Shown in pieces: positions 29,314-38,603 of a stretch of DNA of 64,000 nucleotides. The stretch is from Bordetella parapertussis (GTDB taxonomy: Bacteria > Pseudomonadota > Gammaproteobacteria > Burkholderiales > SG8-41): NCBI GenBank assembly GCA_945901405.1, contig CAMDLH010000007.1:3471-67470 (forward strand), given 5' to 3'. Each line of letters starts with the position of its first letter. The first letter of the stretch is position 1. The translations under genes were made by a program, and so were the position numbers. Below the pieces are notes generated by a model. That model was not told the origin of the DNA. It saw only the letters and a list, made by a program, of their open reading frames with translations, and did not search any database.

Positions 29314-29721
29314 TCACACCAGCGTCGGCTTTTTCTTCTTGCCCTTTTTGATCTCTTCGTCTTCTTCCAGCACCGCCGTGTATTGACGCACCGCGTGTGA
29401 GATCGCCGGCCAGCCGGCGTAGTGCCCCACTTGAATCATGATCTCGCAGATTTCGCGGTGGGTGATGCCGATATGTTTGGCGCTGCGGTAGTGCGAATAG
29501 TTGCCGCTGGGGCGCACCAGCGCGATGTTGGCCGCGAGCGTCACCAGTTGGCGCTCGCGCAGGCTCAAACCCGGCCGCGCCCATACGTCGCCAAACAAAT
29601 GCCCCACCGACATTTCATACATGTCCGGCAGCAGCGCTTTTTGATCCTGCATCAGGGATTCGCGCCCCATTTTTTTCAGTATCGCCATGCCGCGCTTGCG
29701 GCTTTTTTCCTTGTCGCTCAT
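29314..29721 (-). CDS. Carboxymuconolactone decarboxylase (CMD/AhpD-like) family protein
   Basis: ATG 29721 follows AAGGAAA. VWARPGLSLRERQLVTLAA and ITHREICEIMIQVGHYAGWPA are typical of the CMD family. The Lys-rich C-terminal tail is unusual. Confidence 0.8.
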   Translation of the reverse strand: MSDKEKSRKRGMAILKKMGRESLMQDQKALLPDMYEMSVGHLFGDVWARPGLSLRERQLVTLAANIALVRPSGNYSHYRSAKHIGITHREICEIMIQVGHYAGWPAISHAVRQYTAVLEEDEEIKKGKKKKPTLV

Positions 29722-29810
29722 CTTGTTTTCCTTCAGGGTTAAACAATGGTTGAATTGCCGCATCGATGATGGCTTCTGCTACCATCATCGTCAAGCAAGG
29801 AGGAGTGAAT

Positions 29811-30785
29811 ATGAATCGAGCGGTCATTGCAACCGCCGGCGCGTGTCTGTTGGCCCTTTCAGAGCTGGCATCGGCGCAGGCAGGTTTCCCGAATAAATCG
29901 ATACGCATGGTGGTTCCCAGCGCGCCGGGCGGCGGCACCGACATCATCGCGCGGCTGATCGCGCAAGGGTTATTCGAGAGCTGGGGCCAGAGCGTGGTGG
30001 TGGATAATCGCGGCGGCGGCGGCGGCATACCCGCCGTGACGCTGGTGGCCAAGCAATCCGCGCCCGACGGCTACACCATGCTGCTCGGCAGCGTCGGGCA
30101 TTTGTCTTTTGCGCCCGCCATCGAGCGCAGCCTGGCCTACGATCCGCGCAAGGATTTAGCGCCAGTGTCGCTCGCGGCGGTGCAGCCGTTCGTGATCGCG
30201 GCGGCGCGCGGCTTCGCGCCGAACAACATTCAGGAACTGATCGCGGCGGCAAAAGCGAAGCCGGATTCGATCACCTACGGCACCGGCGGCAGTGGCTCGG
30301 CCACGCATCTGGGCGTGGAATTGCTGGCGATGAACAGCGGCATCAAGCTGGTGCATGTCGCCTACAAGGGCAGCAATCCTGCCGTGACCGCCGCGATGTC
30401 GGGCGAAATTCAGATAGCGCTGGCGGGCCTGGCGACGCTGCTGCCGCACGTGAAGGCCAATCGATTGAAGGCGCTTGCCGTCACGGGCGCCAAGCGCACG
30501 CAGTTCGCGCCCGAGGTCCCGACGGTCGCCGAATCGGGCGTGCCGGGCTACGCCTACGATGTGTGGTACGGGCTGGTGTTGCCCGGCGGCACGCCACGCG
30601 CCATCGTCAACAAGACGAGCGCGGAGATCGCCAGGCTGCTCGCCTCGGGCGAAGTCAGCAAACGTTTTGCCGCCGCGGGTGTCGAACCCACGACCAACTC
30701 GCCGGAAGCGTTCGCCGCGATGATCGCGCAGGAAATCCCCAAGTGGCAGAAGGTCGTGAAGGAAGCGAAGATACGTGTCGAGTAA
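29811..30785 (+). CDS. Bug/TctC-family solute-binding protein
   Basis: ATG 29811 follows AGGAGG. Signal ASAQA, then FPNKSIRMVVPSAPGGGTD, DNRGGGGG and VAYKGSNPA. Confidence 0.9.
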   Translation: MNRAVIATAGACLLALSELASAQAGFPNKSIRMVVPSAPGGGTDIIARLIAQGLFESWGQSVVVDNRGGGGGIPAVTLVAKQSAPDGYTMLLGSVGHLSFAPAIERSLAYDPRKDLAPVSLAAVQPFVIAAARGFAPNNIQELIAAAKAKPDSITYGTGGSGSATHLGVELLAMNSGIKLVHVAYKGSNPAVTAAMSGEIQIALAGLATLLPHVKANRLKALAVTGAKRTQFAPEVPTVAESGVPGYAYDVWYGLVLPGGTPRAIVNKTSAEIARLLASGEVSKRFAAAGVEPTTNSPEAFAAMIAQEIPKWQKVVKEAKIRVE

Positions 30786-30801
30786 CGTGCGTGGAGGAAA
30801 A

Positions 30802-31773
30802 ATGATTACGCCCGCAATGAGAATCCTGTCCTGCTGCGCGCTGCTGTGCGCCACCTTCCAATACGCAACGGCGCAAAAATATCCGCTGCGGCCGATCCGC
30901 CTGATCGCGCCGTTTGCGCCCGGCGGCGGCGCCGACATTTTGTCGCGCGTGATCGGCGTGCCGGTTGGGGCCGCGCTCGGCCAGCCGGTGGTGGTCGACA
31001 ATCGGCCCGGCGCGGGTGGCGCGCTGGGCGCTGAAATGGCCGCGAGAGCCGACCCCGATGGTTACACCCTCATCACCGTGTCCAGCAGCTACGCTGCCTC
31101 ATCCGCCTATCACAAGACTAGCTACGACCCGGTGGATGGCATCCAATCCATCACCCTGCTTGGCACCACCGGCCTCTTGATGGTGACGCACCCGTCCGTG
31201 GCGGCGAAAAGCGTGAAGGACCTGATCGATTTCGCGCGCACCAATCCCGGCAAGCTCAACTACGCGACTGTCGGCGTCGGCAGCGTGACGCACTTCGCGC
31301 ATGAACTGTTCAATCTCGAAGCGAAAATCCGCACCGTGCATATACCGTTCAAGGGCGGCGGGCCGGCGCTGATCGGCGTGGTCAGCAACGAAGCGCACTT
31401 CACCACGATCAGCATCGTGCCGACACTGCCGCATCTGAAAGCCGGGCGCCTGCGCGCGATCGGCATCTCCACCGCAAAACGCTCCACGTTGCTGCCCGAC
31501 ATTCCCAGTATCGGCGAGACCGTGCCCGGCTACGACGTGCCGCACTGGTATGCGGTGTGGGGGCCGAAGGGCATCCCCAAGGATATCGTCGCGCTGTGGA
31601 ACCGCGAAATCGCCAAGGTGTTGCTGTCGGAGGACATGGCCAAGCAGATGCGCAGTGAAGGACTCGAACCCGCGGGCGGCCCGCCGGAGCAGTTCATCAA
31701 CGTGCTGCGGCCCACGGTGGAACGCTGGCGGCGCGTGGTGCGGGATGCGAAGTTCGACCGTACGGCGGGTTAG
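30802..31773 (+). CDS. Bug/TctC-family solute-binding protein
   Basis: ATG 30802 follows GGAGGAAAA. Signal ATAQ, then YPLRPIRLIAPFAPGGGAD and IPFKGGGPA. Confidence 0.9.
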   Translation: MITPAMRILSCCALLCATFQYATAQKYPLRPIRLIAPFAPGGGADILSRVIGVPVGAALGQPVVVDNRPGAGGALGAEMAARADPDGYTLITVSSSYAASSAYHKTSYDPVDGIQSITLLGTTGLLMVTHPSVAAKSVKDLIDFARTNPGKLNYATVGVGSVTHFAHELFNLEAKIRTVHIPFKGGGPALIGVVSNEAHFTTISIVPTLPHLKAGRLRAIGISTAKRSTLLPDIPSIGETVPGYDVPHWYAVWGPKGIPKDIVALWNREIAKVLLSEDMAKQMRSEGLEPAGGPPEQFINVLRPTVERWRRVVRDAKFDRTAG

Positions 31774-31820
31774 GGCCACGTAAGGCATCGGCCGGTTTCG
31801 GCGCGGGTTCACCACCCTGT

Positions 31821-31848
31821 CGTCATTCCGGCGCAGGCCGGAATGACG
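31821..31848. repeat. 12-bp-stem hairpin (CGTCATTCCGGC-gcag-GCCGGAATGACG) between convergent genes
   Basis: A perfect palindrome read directly from the sequence. Probably a bidirectional terminator or REP-like element. Confidence 0.7.
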
Positions 31849-31899
31849 TGTTGGTGTTTTCACCGCCTCACTCCACTTCAAGACACGCCGTACCCGGCA

Positions 31900-33072
31900 T
31901 CAACGAAAATCCCGCCCGTTTCCATACGCGAATACACCCGTCAGCAATCGCGCAAATCCATAAGCAGTCCAGATCAACGCGCGGCGCGTGAGCGGCTGGC
32001 GTTGCCAGCTTTCACGTTCCACTTTTTGCGCGCCCGCGGCCATTGCTGCATCGAGACTGGCGTGCAACTCGCCCGCGAATTTGCGGTCTTCCACCACGAC
32101 GTTCGCCTCGCGCGCAAGCAGCAGACTGAACGGGTCAATGTTGGATGAGCCCACCGTCGCCCAGTGCCGGTCGATCACGGCGACCTTGGCGTGCATGAAG
32201 CTCTTGCGATACTCGTAAATCACGATGCCGGCGTCGAGCATTGAGCCGTAGAGAGCGCGCGAGGCGTAATGCAGCAGCGCGTATTCAACGCGCCCCTGCA
32301 GCAGCAGGGTCACGCGCACGCCGCGCGCGGCCGCATCGGTGAGCGCGCGGCGAAAGCGCCGCCCCGGCAAGAAGTATGAATTCGCGATGAGAATTTCCGT
32401 GCGCGCGCGACCGATGGCCGCGAGATACGCTTCCTCGATATCGCTTCTGTGCCGCAGGTTGTCGCGCACCAAAAGTGCCGCGCGCTGCGTGCCGGCCTCG
32501 CGCACAGTGGGCAGCGCGGCATGCGGCGCATGCCATGCGCGTCCAAAGCGGGAATATGAAACCAGCGCCCACAAGCGCCGCGCCACCGGCTGAATCTCGC
32601 GGATCAACGGCCCCTCGATGCGCACCGCGTAATCAAAACGCGGCGGCGTCTGCCCCGGCGTGTGCATGTCGTCGATGATGTTGATGCCGCCGACAAATGC
32701 GGTTTCAAAGTCGATCACCGCGAGCTTGCGATGCATGCGGCGCAGCCGCTGGCGCTGCAATGTCCACGGCGCGATGTCGGGCCGGTACACCAGCACATGC
32801 ACGCCGGCCTGCTGCATGCCGGCGATCATTTGCGGGTTGCGATCCTTGCAGCCGAAACCGTCCAATAGCAGATGCACGGCGACCCCGCGCCGCGCCGCGC
32901 GCATCAACGCCCGTGAGATCTGTTGCCCGGCGGCATCGTCGTCGAAGATATAGGTTTCGAGAAAAATCTCGCGGCGCGCGGCATCGCAAGCCGCCTCCAG
33001 CGCCGGAAAGTACGCACCCCCGCCCTCCAGCAACGCCAGCCGGCTTCCAGCGACGAAATCGGAATCGGACAT
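31900..33072 (-). CDS. clsB: Cardiolipin synthase ClsB-type (phospholipase D family, no TM segment)
   Basis: 390 aa. Two HKD motifs: HRKLAVIDFETAFVGGINI and HAKVAVIDRHWATVGSSNID. Confidence 0.85.
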   Translation of the reverse strand: MSDSDFVAGSRLALLEGGGAYFPALEAACDAARREIFLETYIFDDDAAGQQISRALMRAARRGVAVHLLLDGFGCKDRNPQMIAGMQQAGVHVLVYRPDIAPWTLQRQRLRRMHRKLAVIDFETAFVGGINIIDDMHTPGQTPPRFDYAVRIEGPLIREIQPVARRLWALVSYSRFGRAWHAPHAALPTVREAGTQRAALLVRDNLRHRSDIEEAYLAAIGRARTEILIANSYFLPGRRFRRALTDAAARGVRVTLLLQGRVEYALLHYASRALYGSMLDAGIVIYEYRKSFMHAKVAVIDRHWATVGSSNIDPFSLLLAREANVVVEDRKFAGELHASLDAAMAAGAQKVERESWQRQPLTRRALIWTAYGFARLLTGVFAYGNGRDFR

Positions 33073-33108
33073 TGGGCGCGGATGGTGCTCCGGTTATGGC
33101 GATGCGGA

Positions 33109-34092
33109 TCAATCCGGCTGATAACCGGACACTTTCACCGCCAGCGCGAATTTATCGAGATAGGCATTCATGCGCGCGGCAGCCTCGGCGGCGCTGGAGC
33201 CATTGGCTACCAGCCCGCCGGTGGACAAGCGGCTGCGCACGTCGGGTAGTTTGACGATCTGGCTTAACTCGACGCTAAGGAATTCGGCAACCTTCACCGG
33301 AGTGCCCGTAGGCACTGCCGCGGCAACCCAGCCCGCGACGTCAAAGCCCTTGAATCCAGCCTCCGCCACGGTCGGCACATCGGGCGTATCAGCCAATCGA
33401 GCCGCACCCGTCACCGCGAGCATGCGCAGCTTGCCGGAATTGACCAGCGGACGCGTGCCCGCCACCGAATCCCACAGCACCTGCACGCGGCCATTCACCA
33501 CATCGGGATGCGCGGCCGGGCCGCCTTTATACGGCACATGCAACACGTCAATGCCCGCGCCGTGCGACAAAAGCGCAATGCCCAGGTGCGACAGCGTGCC
33601 CGCTCCATATGACGCGAAACTGACTTTCCCCGGCTGCTTTTTGGCCAGCGCCACCAGGTCCGCCACCGAGCGCCCGGAAAACCCCGTGCCCGCCACGATG
33701 CATTGCGGAATTTCCGCCAGGATGGTGCGCAGCGACAACTCCTTGCGTGGATCGTAACCAAGATTCAGCCGCGTATTCGGCGCCACCGCGAGTTCGGTGC
33801 TCGCGGCAATAGCGACGCTGTAGCCATCGGGACTCGCCTTCGCCACATACAGCGCGCCCAGCGTGGCGCCCGCGCCGGAACGATTCACGATCACCACCGG
33901 CTGCCCGGTACGCTCGCGCAATTTGTCGCCCACCAGGCGTGCGGCGAGATCAGTGCCGCTTCCTGGTGGAAAGCTGACGACGAACTGGATGGGCTTTGAG
34001 GGAAACTGTTGTGCGGCCGCAACCGCTGTAAAGCCGCCCGATAGAGCGCCAGAAGTTATCAGCGTGCCTAACCAACGTAAATTATTTTGCAT
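33109..34092 (-). CDS. Bug/TctC-family solute-binding protein
   Basis: ATG 34092. Signal AAAQQ, then FPSKPIQFVVSFPPGSGTD and VPYKGGPAA. Confidence 0.9.
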   Translation of the reverse strand: MQNNLRWLGTLITSGALSGGFTAVAAAQQFPSKPIQFVVSFPPGSGTDLAARLVGDKLRERTGQPVVIVNRSGAGATLGALYVAKASPDGYSVAIAASTELAVAPNTRLNLGYDPRKELSLRTILAEIPQCIVAGTGFSGRSVADLVALAKKQPGKVSFASYGAGTLSHLGIALLSHGAGIDVLHVPYKGGPAAHPDVVNGRVQVLWDSVAGTRPLVNSGKLRMLAVTGAARLADTPDVPTVAEAGFKGFDVAGWVAAAVPTGTPVKVAEFLSVELSQIVKLPDVRSRLSTGGLVANGSSAAEAAARMNAYLDKFALAVKVSGYQPD

Positions 34093-34136
34093 ATTGACTC
34101 CAGGCAGGCGATGTATCAATGGCGGGAGACCTCGAT

Positions 34137-34400
34137 TTATCCGTAATGCGTCCACATGCGAATCACCTTGATGGTATGTTCGGCATCATAGACTTGATAC
34201 ACAAGCCGATGTTGAATGTTGATGCGCCGCGAATAGGCGCCCACCAAATCACCGGCGAGTTTCTCAAAGGGGGGCGGGTTCTGAAACGGATTCTTCGCGA
34301 TAACGTCGAGGAGTTTTTGGGCCTGAGGTTTGAGATTCGACAATGCAATCCGCTTCGCGTCCTTGCGCGCTTGCCGGGTGTAAACAACCGCCCAACTCAC
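34137..34400 (-). CDS. yoeB: Type II toxin, YoeB/Txe family mRNA interferase
   Basis: 87 aa from a GTG that overlaps the antitoxin TGA (GTGA). YSRRINIQHRLVYQV...VIRMWTHYG matches the YoeB C-terminal catalytic His-Tyr region. Confidence 0.85.
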   Translation of the reverse strand: MSWAVVYTRQARKDAKRIALSNLKPQAQKLLDVIAKNPFQNPPPFEKLAGDLVGAYSRRINIQHRLVYQVYDAEHTIKVIRMWTHYG

Positions 34401-34639
34401 CAGCCGGGCTTTTTCGACAATTTGGAAAGCGGCTCGGCCATGCCCTTGCGTATGGACTCGCGCATGCCCGGAATCGAAACGAGATAGAGCGTCTCCTGAA
34501 TGCTGCGCCAATCGTCCTCCGAAACCAGCACGGCATTGCAACGCTTGCCGGTGATCTGAATGGGCTCGTGCGACTCGGCGGCTTCATCGAGCAATTGATA
34601 AAGCTTCGAGCGGGCTTGGGTAACGGGAACGGAAGTCAT
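34397..34639 (-). CDS. yefM: Type II antitoxin, Phd/YefM family
   Basis: 80 aa. VPVTQARSKLYQLLDEA...PIQITGKR.NAVLVSEDDWRSIQETLYL is a classic YefM fold signature. Confidence 0.88.
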   Translation of the reverse strand: MTSVPVTQARSKLYQLLDEAAESHEPIQITGKRCNAVLVSEDDWRSIQETLYLVSIPGMRESIRKGMAEPLSKLSKKPGW

Positions 34640-34730
34640 GCTTAAAGCGTACGTAAAGACGTGCGCTTTGTCAATAGCCCATTTCGGTCAGGTTTTTAGA
34701 AGAGGCAACGGGTAGCTTTCGGCCATGGAT

Positions 34731-34765
34731 TACGCGGGATGCCGGTGGGCGAAACGAACCGCATC
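34731..34765 (+). repeat. Degenerate single REP family 1 unit
   Basis: The sequence tacgcgggatgccggtgggcgaaacgaaccgcatc abuts the stop of the NMT1-like gene. Confidence 0.55.
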
Positions 34766-35702
34766 AATCGCGCACCGCTTCGTAGGCCTCGTCAATGAAA
34801 CCGCGGGAATCGAGTCTACGCACGAAACTGTCATCGATCAGCTTGTCTATTTCCACGGCGAGTACGCGAGGATCGTGTGAAGACATGATTCTTTGCATGT
34901 TTCGCAAACGCTCCAGAGACGGGTACGGTTTGCGCGTAAGCACCAGCGACAACTGATGAAGACTGTCTCGCGCCGCATCGCTATCGGATACCTTTAACTC
35001 CTCCATGATTGTTTGCAACACAATCGATTGTCGCGATTCGGTCAGGCAAAACGCTGCGCCCTCAATCATCGCGGAAACAATACTCTCCACGGCGTCCGGA
35101 TACTCCTTGCGGAATGCAGCCGTCGCGACCAGTGCGTCCTGCGCGCCATGTATGTTCGCCGGGTAGAGATCCAAAAGCACCGAATATCCTTTGGCGATCA
35201 ATTGCCTGCTTTGCGCGCGGGACAATACTGCCGCGTCAATTTCTCCTGACTCCAGCGCTTGGGCAATTTGAGGGGGATCGCCAATCGGCAGGATGCTGAT
35301 ATTGTCGCGTCGAGAATCGAGCCCTAACTGTTCGAGCGCCAGAATGGAATGTATCCAAAGCGCGGCGCCAGTGACGCGTGCGCCAAGCCGCTTGCCGCGC
35401 AAATCGTCCGGCCCGTTGATGCCTGGCCGGGCAACCAGATGATTGGATAGCCGTCCGTTATCGAACGAAGCGAGTATTTTCAGATCCACACCCTCGGCCA
35501 CCCGCATCAGGGCGGCTGGGGCGCCAATATAGCCGACAGGGTTTTCCGGCGTGAGCTTGGGAACCTGCGTGCCCGGTACCGGAACGAGTTGCACATCCAC
35601 GCCGTGCTTCTTGAACAAACCCTGCCGCTGCGTAATCGACAGTGGAATAACGCCAAGACCAACAGCCCCCAAATACAGAAGGTTGACCTTGTGCGCCGTC
35701 AT
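34764..35702 (-). CDS. NMT1/THI5-like (nitrate/sulfonate/bicarbonate-type) substrate-binding domain protein without signal peptide
   Basis: 312 aa from ATG 35702. Motifs LGAVGLGVIPLSITQRQGLFKKHGVDV and GKRLGARVTGAALW. No N-terminal hydrophobic leader. By eye, lower GC than its neighbours. Confidence 0.7.
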   Translation of the reverse strand: MTAHKVNLLYLGAVGLGVIPLSITQRQGLFKKHGVDVQLVPVPGTQVPKLTPENPVGYIGAPAALMRVAEGVDLKILASFDNGRLSNHLVARPGINGPDDLRGKRLGARVTGAALWIHSILALEQLGLDSRRDNISILPIGDPPQIAQALESGEIDAAVLSRAQSRQLIAKGYSVLLDLYPANIHGAQDALVATAAFRKEYPDAVESIVSAMIEGAAFCLTESRQSIVLQTIMEELKVSDSDAARDSLHQLSLVLTRKPYPSLERLRNMQRIMSSHDPRVLAVEIDKLIDDSFVRRLDSRGFIDEAYEAVRD

Positions 35703-35717
35703 ATTACCCGCGTGCAA

Positions 35718-36956
35718 TCAGTCGTTGCCCGCGTACTTACCGGCCGTTTCCGGGAACAGGTTCTTCACGATCTTGAACTTGGTCACGTCCACCGTCCCGT
35801 CCATGTGCAGATACATCGACGCATCGCGATAGAGTTTTTCGATGCCGAAATCGAGCATCATGCCGTTGCCGCCGTGCAGCTCCACCGCGTGTTTGCACAC
35901 CTCGAGCACTGCTTCCGAGGCGTACATTTTCACCATATTGCACAGCACTTCCGCGTCCGGCGCCTTGGCGTCAACGGCGCGCGAGGCCTCCAGCAGCAGC
36001 GCGCGCACGGTGCAAATTTTGGTGGCCATTTCGGCCAAGCGTATCGCCGTGGCCTGATGCTTGATGAGCTTTTTACCACCCTGCACGTAGTCGTGCACGT
36101 ACTTGACCGTCTCTTCGTACGCGCGCACGCCGACGCCCAGATTTTTTGAGCCTTGAATAATTTTGCCGGGGCGGAAATACACGCCCGCCTTGGTCAGCGC
36201 GATGTCTTCCACCAGGCAATGATCGAGCGGCACTTCCATATCCTCGAACACCATTTCGCCGTTGTTCATGAAACGCCCGCCCAGCGTTTCGTTGCAGCGC
36301 GCCACTGAAAAGCCCTTGGTTTCGCGCGGCACTAGAAAGCACGAAGTGCCCTTGGTCATGCCCGCGCCCGGCTTGGTGGTGGCGTACACCACATACAAAC
36401 TCGCGTCGTAGCCGTTGCTGATAAATTGTTTACGGCCGTTGATGACCCACTTGCCGCCCTTCTTTTCGGCCTTGGTGTGCATCATTGCTTCGGGCACGTC
36501 GTACGGCAGCCAGCGGTCGGACGCGCCGCGCGGCTCGGTCAAACAATGCGCCAGCAAAAACTGCGAGTCCGCCATGATTTTGGGGAACCAGATTTTTTTC
36601 AGATGCTCCGGCAGAATGTTCCGCAGCAGCACCGACACCTTCCATTGCTGCACCATTTTTTCGGCAATGCCGCAATCGCCGCGCGAGATTTCTTCCGAGA
36701 TCACGGCGAAGGTCAGCGTTTCGGTTTTCGGGTCGAGCGCAATGCCACCGTATTCTTCGGGCACGCCCAGCGTGCGGATGCCGATTTCGTGCGCGACATC
36801 GAGAATTTTTCGCGGCAGCCGCCCTTCCGGCTTCATGCTCCATTCGGCTTGCCAGTTTTGGCGCGTGAACGGAATGATGTGTTCGTTGACGAACTTGCGC
36901 GTCACGTCGCGCATCATGATGGTTTCTTCGGACAAACCTCTCTCGTTGTAAATCAT
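35718..36956 (-). CDS. Acyl-CoA dehydrogenase family protein
   Basis: 412 aa. LTEPRGASD, FISNG and C-terminal ELHGGNGMMLDFGIEKLYRDA are typical ACAD motifs. Confidence 0.9.
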   Translation of the reverse strand: MIYNERGLSEETIMMRDVTRKFVNEHIIPFTRQNWQAEWSMKPEGRLPRKILDVAHEIGIRTLGVPEEYGGIALDPKTETLTFAVISEEISRGDCGIAEKMVQQWKVSVLLRNILPEHLKKIWFPKIMADSQFLLAHCLTEPRGASDRWLPYDVPEAMMHTKAEKKGGKWVINGRKQFISNGYDASLYVVYATTKPGAGMTKGTSCFLVPRETKGFSVARCNETLGGRFMNNGEMVFEDMEVPLDHCLVEDIALTKAGVYFRPGKIIQGSKNLGVGVRAYEETVKYVHDYVQGGKKLIKHQATAIRLAEMATKICTVRALLLEASRAVDAKAPDAEVLCNMVKMYASEAVLEVCKHAVELHGGNGMMLDFGIEKLYRDASMYLHMDGTVDVTKFKIVKNLFPETAGKYAGND

Positions 36957-36987
36957 TGTTTACATTACCTTTTTTAAGTTATTTCAA

Positions 36988-37962
36988 TTACTCGGCTTTC
37001 AAACCAATAGCCTTGATCACCTTGGCGTTCTTGACCAGCGAATCCGCCACGACCTTGCGAAACTCTTCTGGCGTGCCGGTCACCACTTCGGTCGCCTGCA
37101 CCGTGAGCGCGCTTTTCACGTCCGGCAGATTTGCGGTCTTGATCACCGCCGCGCGCAGCTTCTCGGCGATCACCCGCGGCGTGCCCTTGGGAATAAAAAA
37201 GCCCTGCCAGCCGCTGTAGTCAAAGCCGGGTATCGTTTCCGCGATCGGCGGAATATTGCCCATCAGTGGAGAACGCCCCGGCAGGCTGTGTCCAATCGCG
37301 CGCACCTTGCCGCTGTTCACATGCATCATCACCGCCGGCGCCGGCGTCAGCGTCCACTGCGATTCGCCGCCGAGCACCGCCGCCACCGAAGGCCCGCCAC
37401 CTTTATACGGCACGTGCACCGATAACATGTTGGCGACCGCCATGAAATACGCGCCCGACAGATGGCTCTGCGAACCGGAGCCGGCCGAGGCCATGTTGAG
37501 CTGCCCCTGCTTGGCATTGGCGACCGCGATCAGTTCTTTCACTGACTTCACTGGTTGCGACGGGTGCACCACCAGCACATTCGCGGTCACGGCGAATTGC
37601 GACACGTAGTCGTAATCCTTGGTCGGATCAAACGACGGGTTTTTTTGCAATAGCACCGCCACGGTCGATGCCGCAGTGGTCGCGCAGATGAGCGTGTAGC
37701 CGTCCGGCGCGGCGTTCTTCGCGATCTCCATGCCGACGATGCCGCCCGCGCCGGCGCGATTGTCGATCACCATCTGCTGGCCGATGACTTCGGTCATCTT
37801 GTTGCCGAAAATGCGGCTTAATGTATCGACCGAGCTACCCGGCGCGTTGGGCACCAGCATGCGTATCGGGCGGCTTGGATAATTTGCCGGATTCTCCTGG
37901 CCAAACACGGCGGGCGCCGCGGCGGCCAGCACGAAAGCGGCAAGAACTATTCGTAATTTCAT
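36988..37962 (-). CDS. Bug/TctC-family solute-binding protein
   Basis: ATG 37962 follows GAGGAG. Signal VFGQ, then YPSRPIRMLVPNAPGSSVD and VPYKGGGPS. Confidence 0.9.
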   Translation of the reverse strand: MKLRIVLAAFVLAAAAPAVFGQENPANYPSRPIRMLVPNAPGSSVDTLSRIFGNKMTEVIGQQMVIDNRAGAGGIVGMEIAKNAAPDGYTLICATTAASTVAVLLQKNPSFDPTKDYDYVSQFAVTANVLVVHPSQPVKSVKELIAVANAKQGQLNMASAGSGSQSHLSGAYFMAVANMLSVHVPYKGGGPSVAAVLGGESQWTLTPAPAVMMHVNSGKVRAIGHSLPGRSPLMGNIPPIAETIPGFDYSGWQGFFIPKGTPRVIAEKLRAAVIKTANLPDVKSALTVQATEVVTGTPEEFRKVVADSLVKNAKVIKAIGLKAE

Positions 37963-38137
37963 GGACTGCTCCTCGAATATAAACACGTGTCGAACGCACG
38001 CGATGCGGAAACCGCGAATTGTTACCGTTCCGATGACTTAACGCAACCCGTGCCACTGGCGGTGGCGAACGGCGCGGACCGCGTTTTGGTAGAATCCTCA
38101 GGCACGCGCGGCATATTCCAACAAAGCAAATCCACCC

Positions 38138-38575
38138 GTGACTACGCTATTCGCCAATTCCCAGGAAGCCGAAGCCGCGTTCTACGACGCCTTCAGCAAG
38201 GGCAATCTCGACGCCATGATGGCGGTGTGGGCCGACGACGAGGACATCTATTGCGTGCATCCGGGCACGGGGCGCGTGAGCGGCATCGAACAAGTGCGCG
38301 AATCCTGGCGGCGCATATTCGCCAGCGGGCAGACGCTGCGCTTTCAGTTGCGCGCGCGGCACGCGATACACGGCATGATGATCGCCGTGCACAGCGTGTA
38401 TGAGCAGATCAGCATCGCTGGCCAGCCGCCACCGCGCAACCCCATGCTCGCCACCAATATTTATCTGCGCACCGACCGCGGCTGGCGCATGGTCGCGCAT
38501 CACGCGGCGCCCGCACCGGCGCCTGCCGCGGCGGAAACCGAACAAAAACCTCGCGCGCCAAAGACACTGCACTGA
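38138..38575 (+). CDS. NTF2-like / SnoaL-like (DUF4440-type) protein
   Basis: 145 aa with a GTG start. AFYDAFSKGNLDAMMAVWADDEDIYCVHPG...WRMVAHH is the typical NTF2-like pattern. Confidence 0.75.
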   Translation: MTTLFANSQEAEAAFYDAFSKGNLDAMMAVWADDEDIYCVHPGTGRVSGIEQVRESWRRIFASGQTLRFQLRARHAIHGMMIAVHSVYEQISIAGQPPPRNPMLATNIYLRTDRGWRMVAHHAAPAPAPAAAETEQKPRAPKTLH

Positions 38576-38603
38576 GCGTTGCCCAAGCAACGCCTCAAGC
38601 ACC

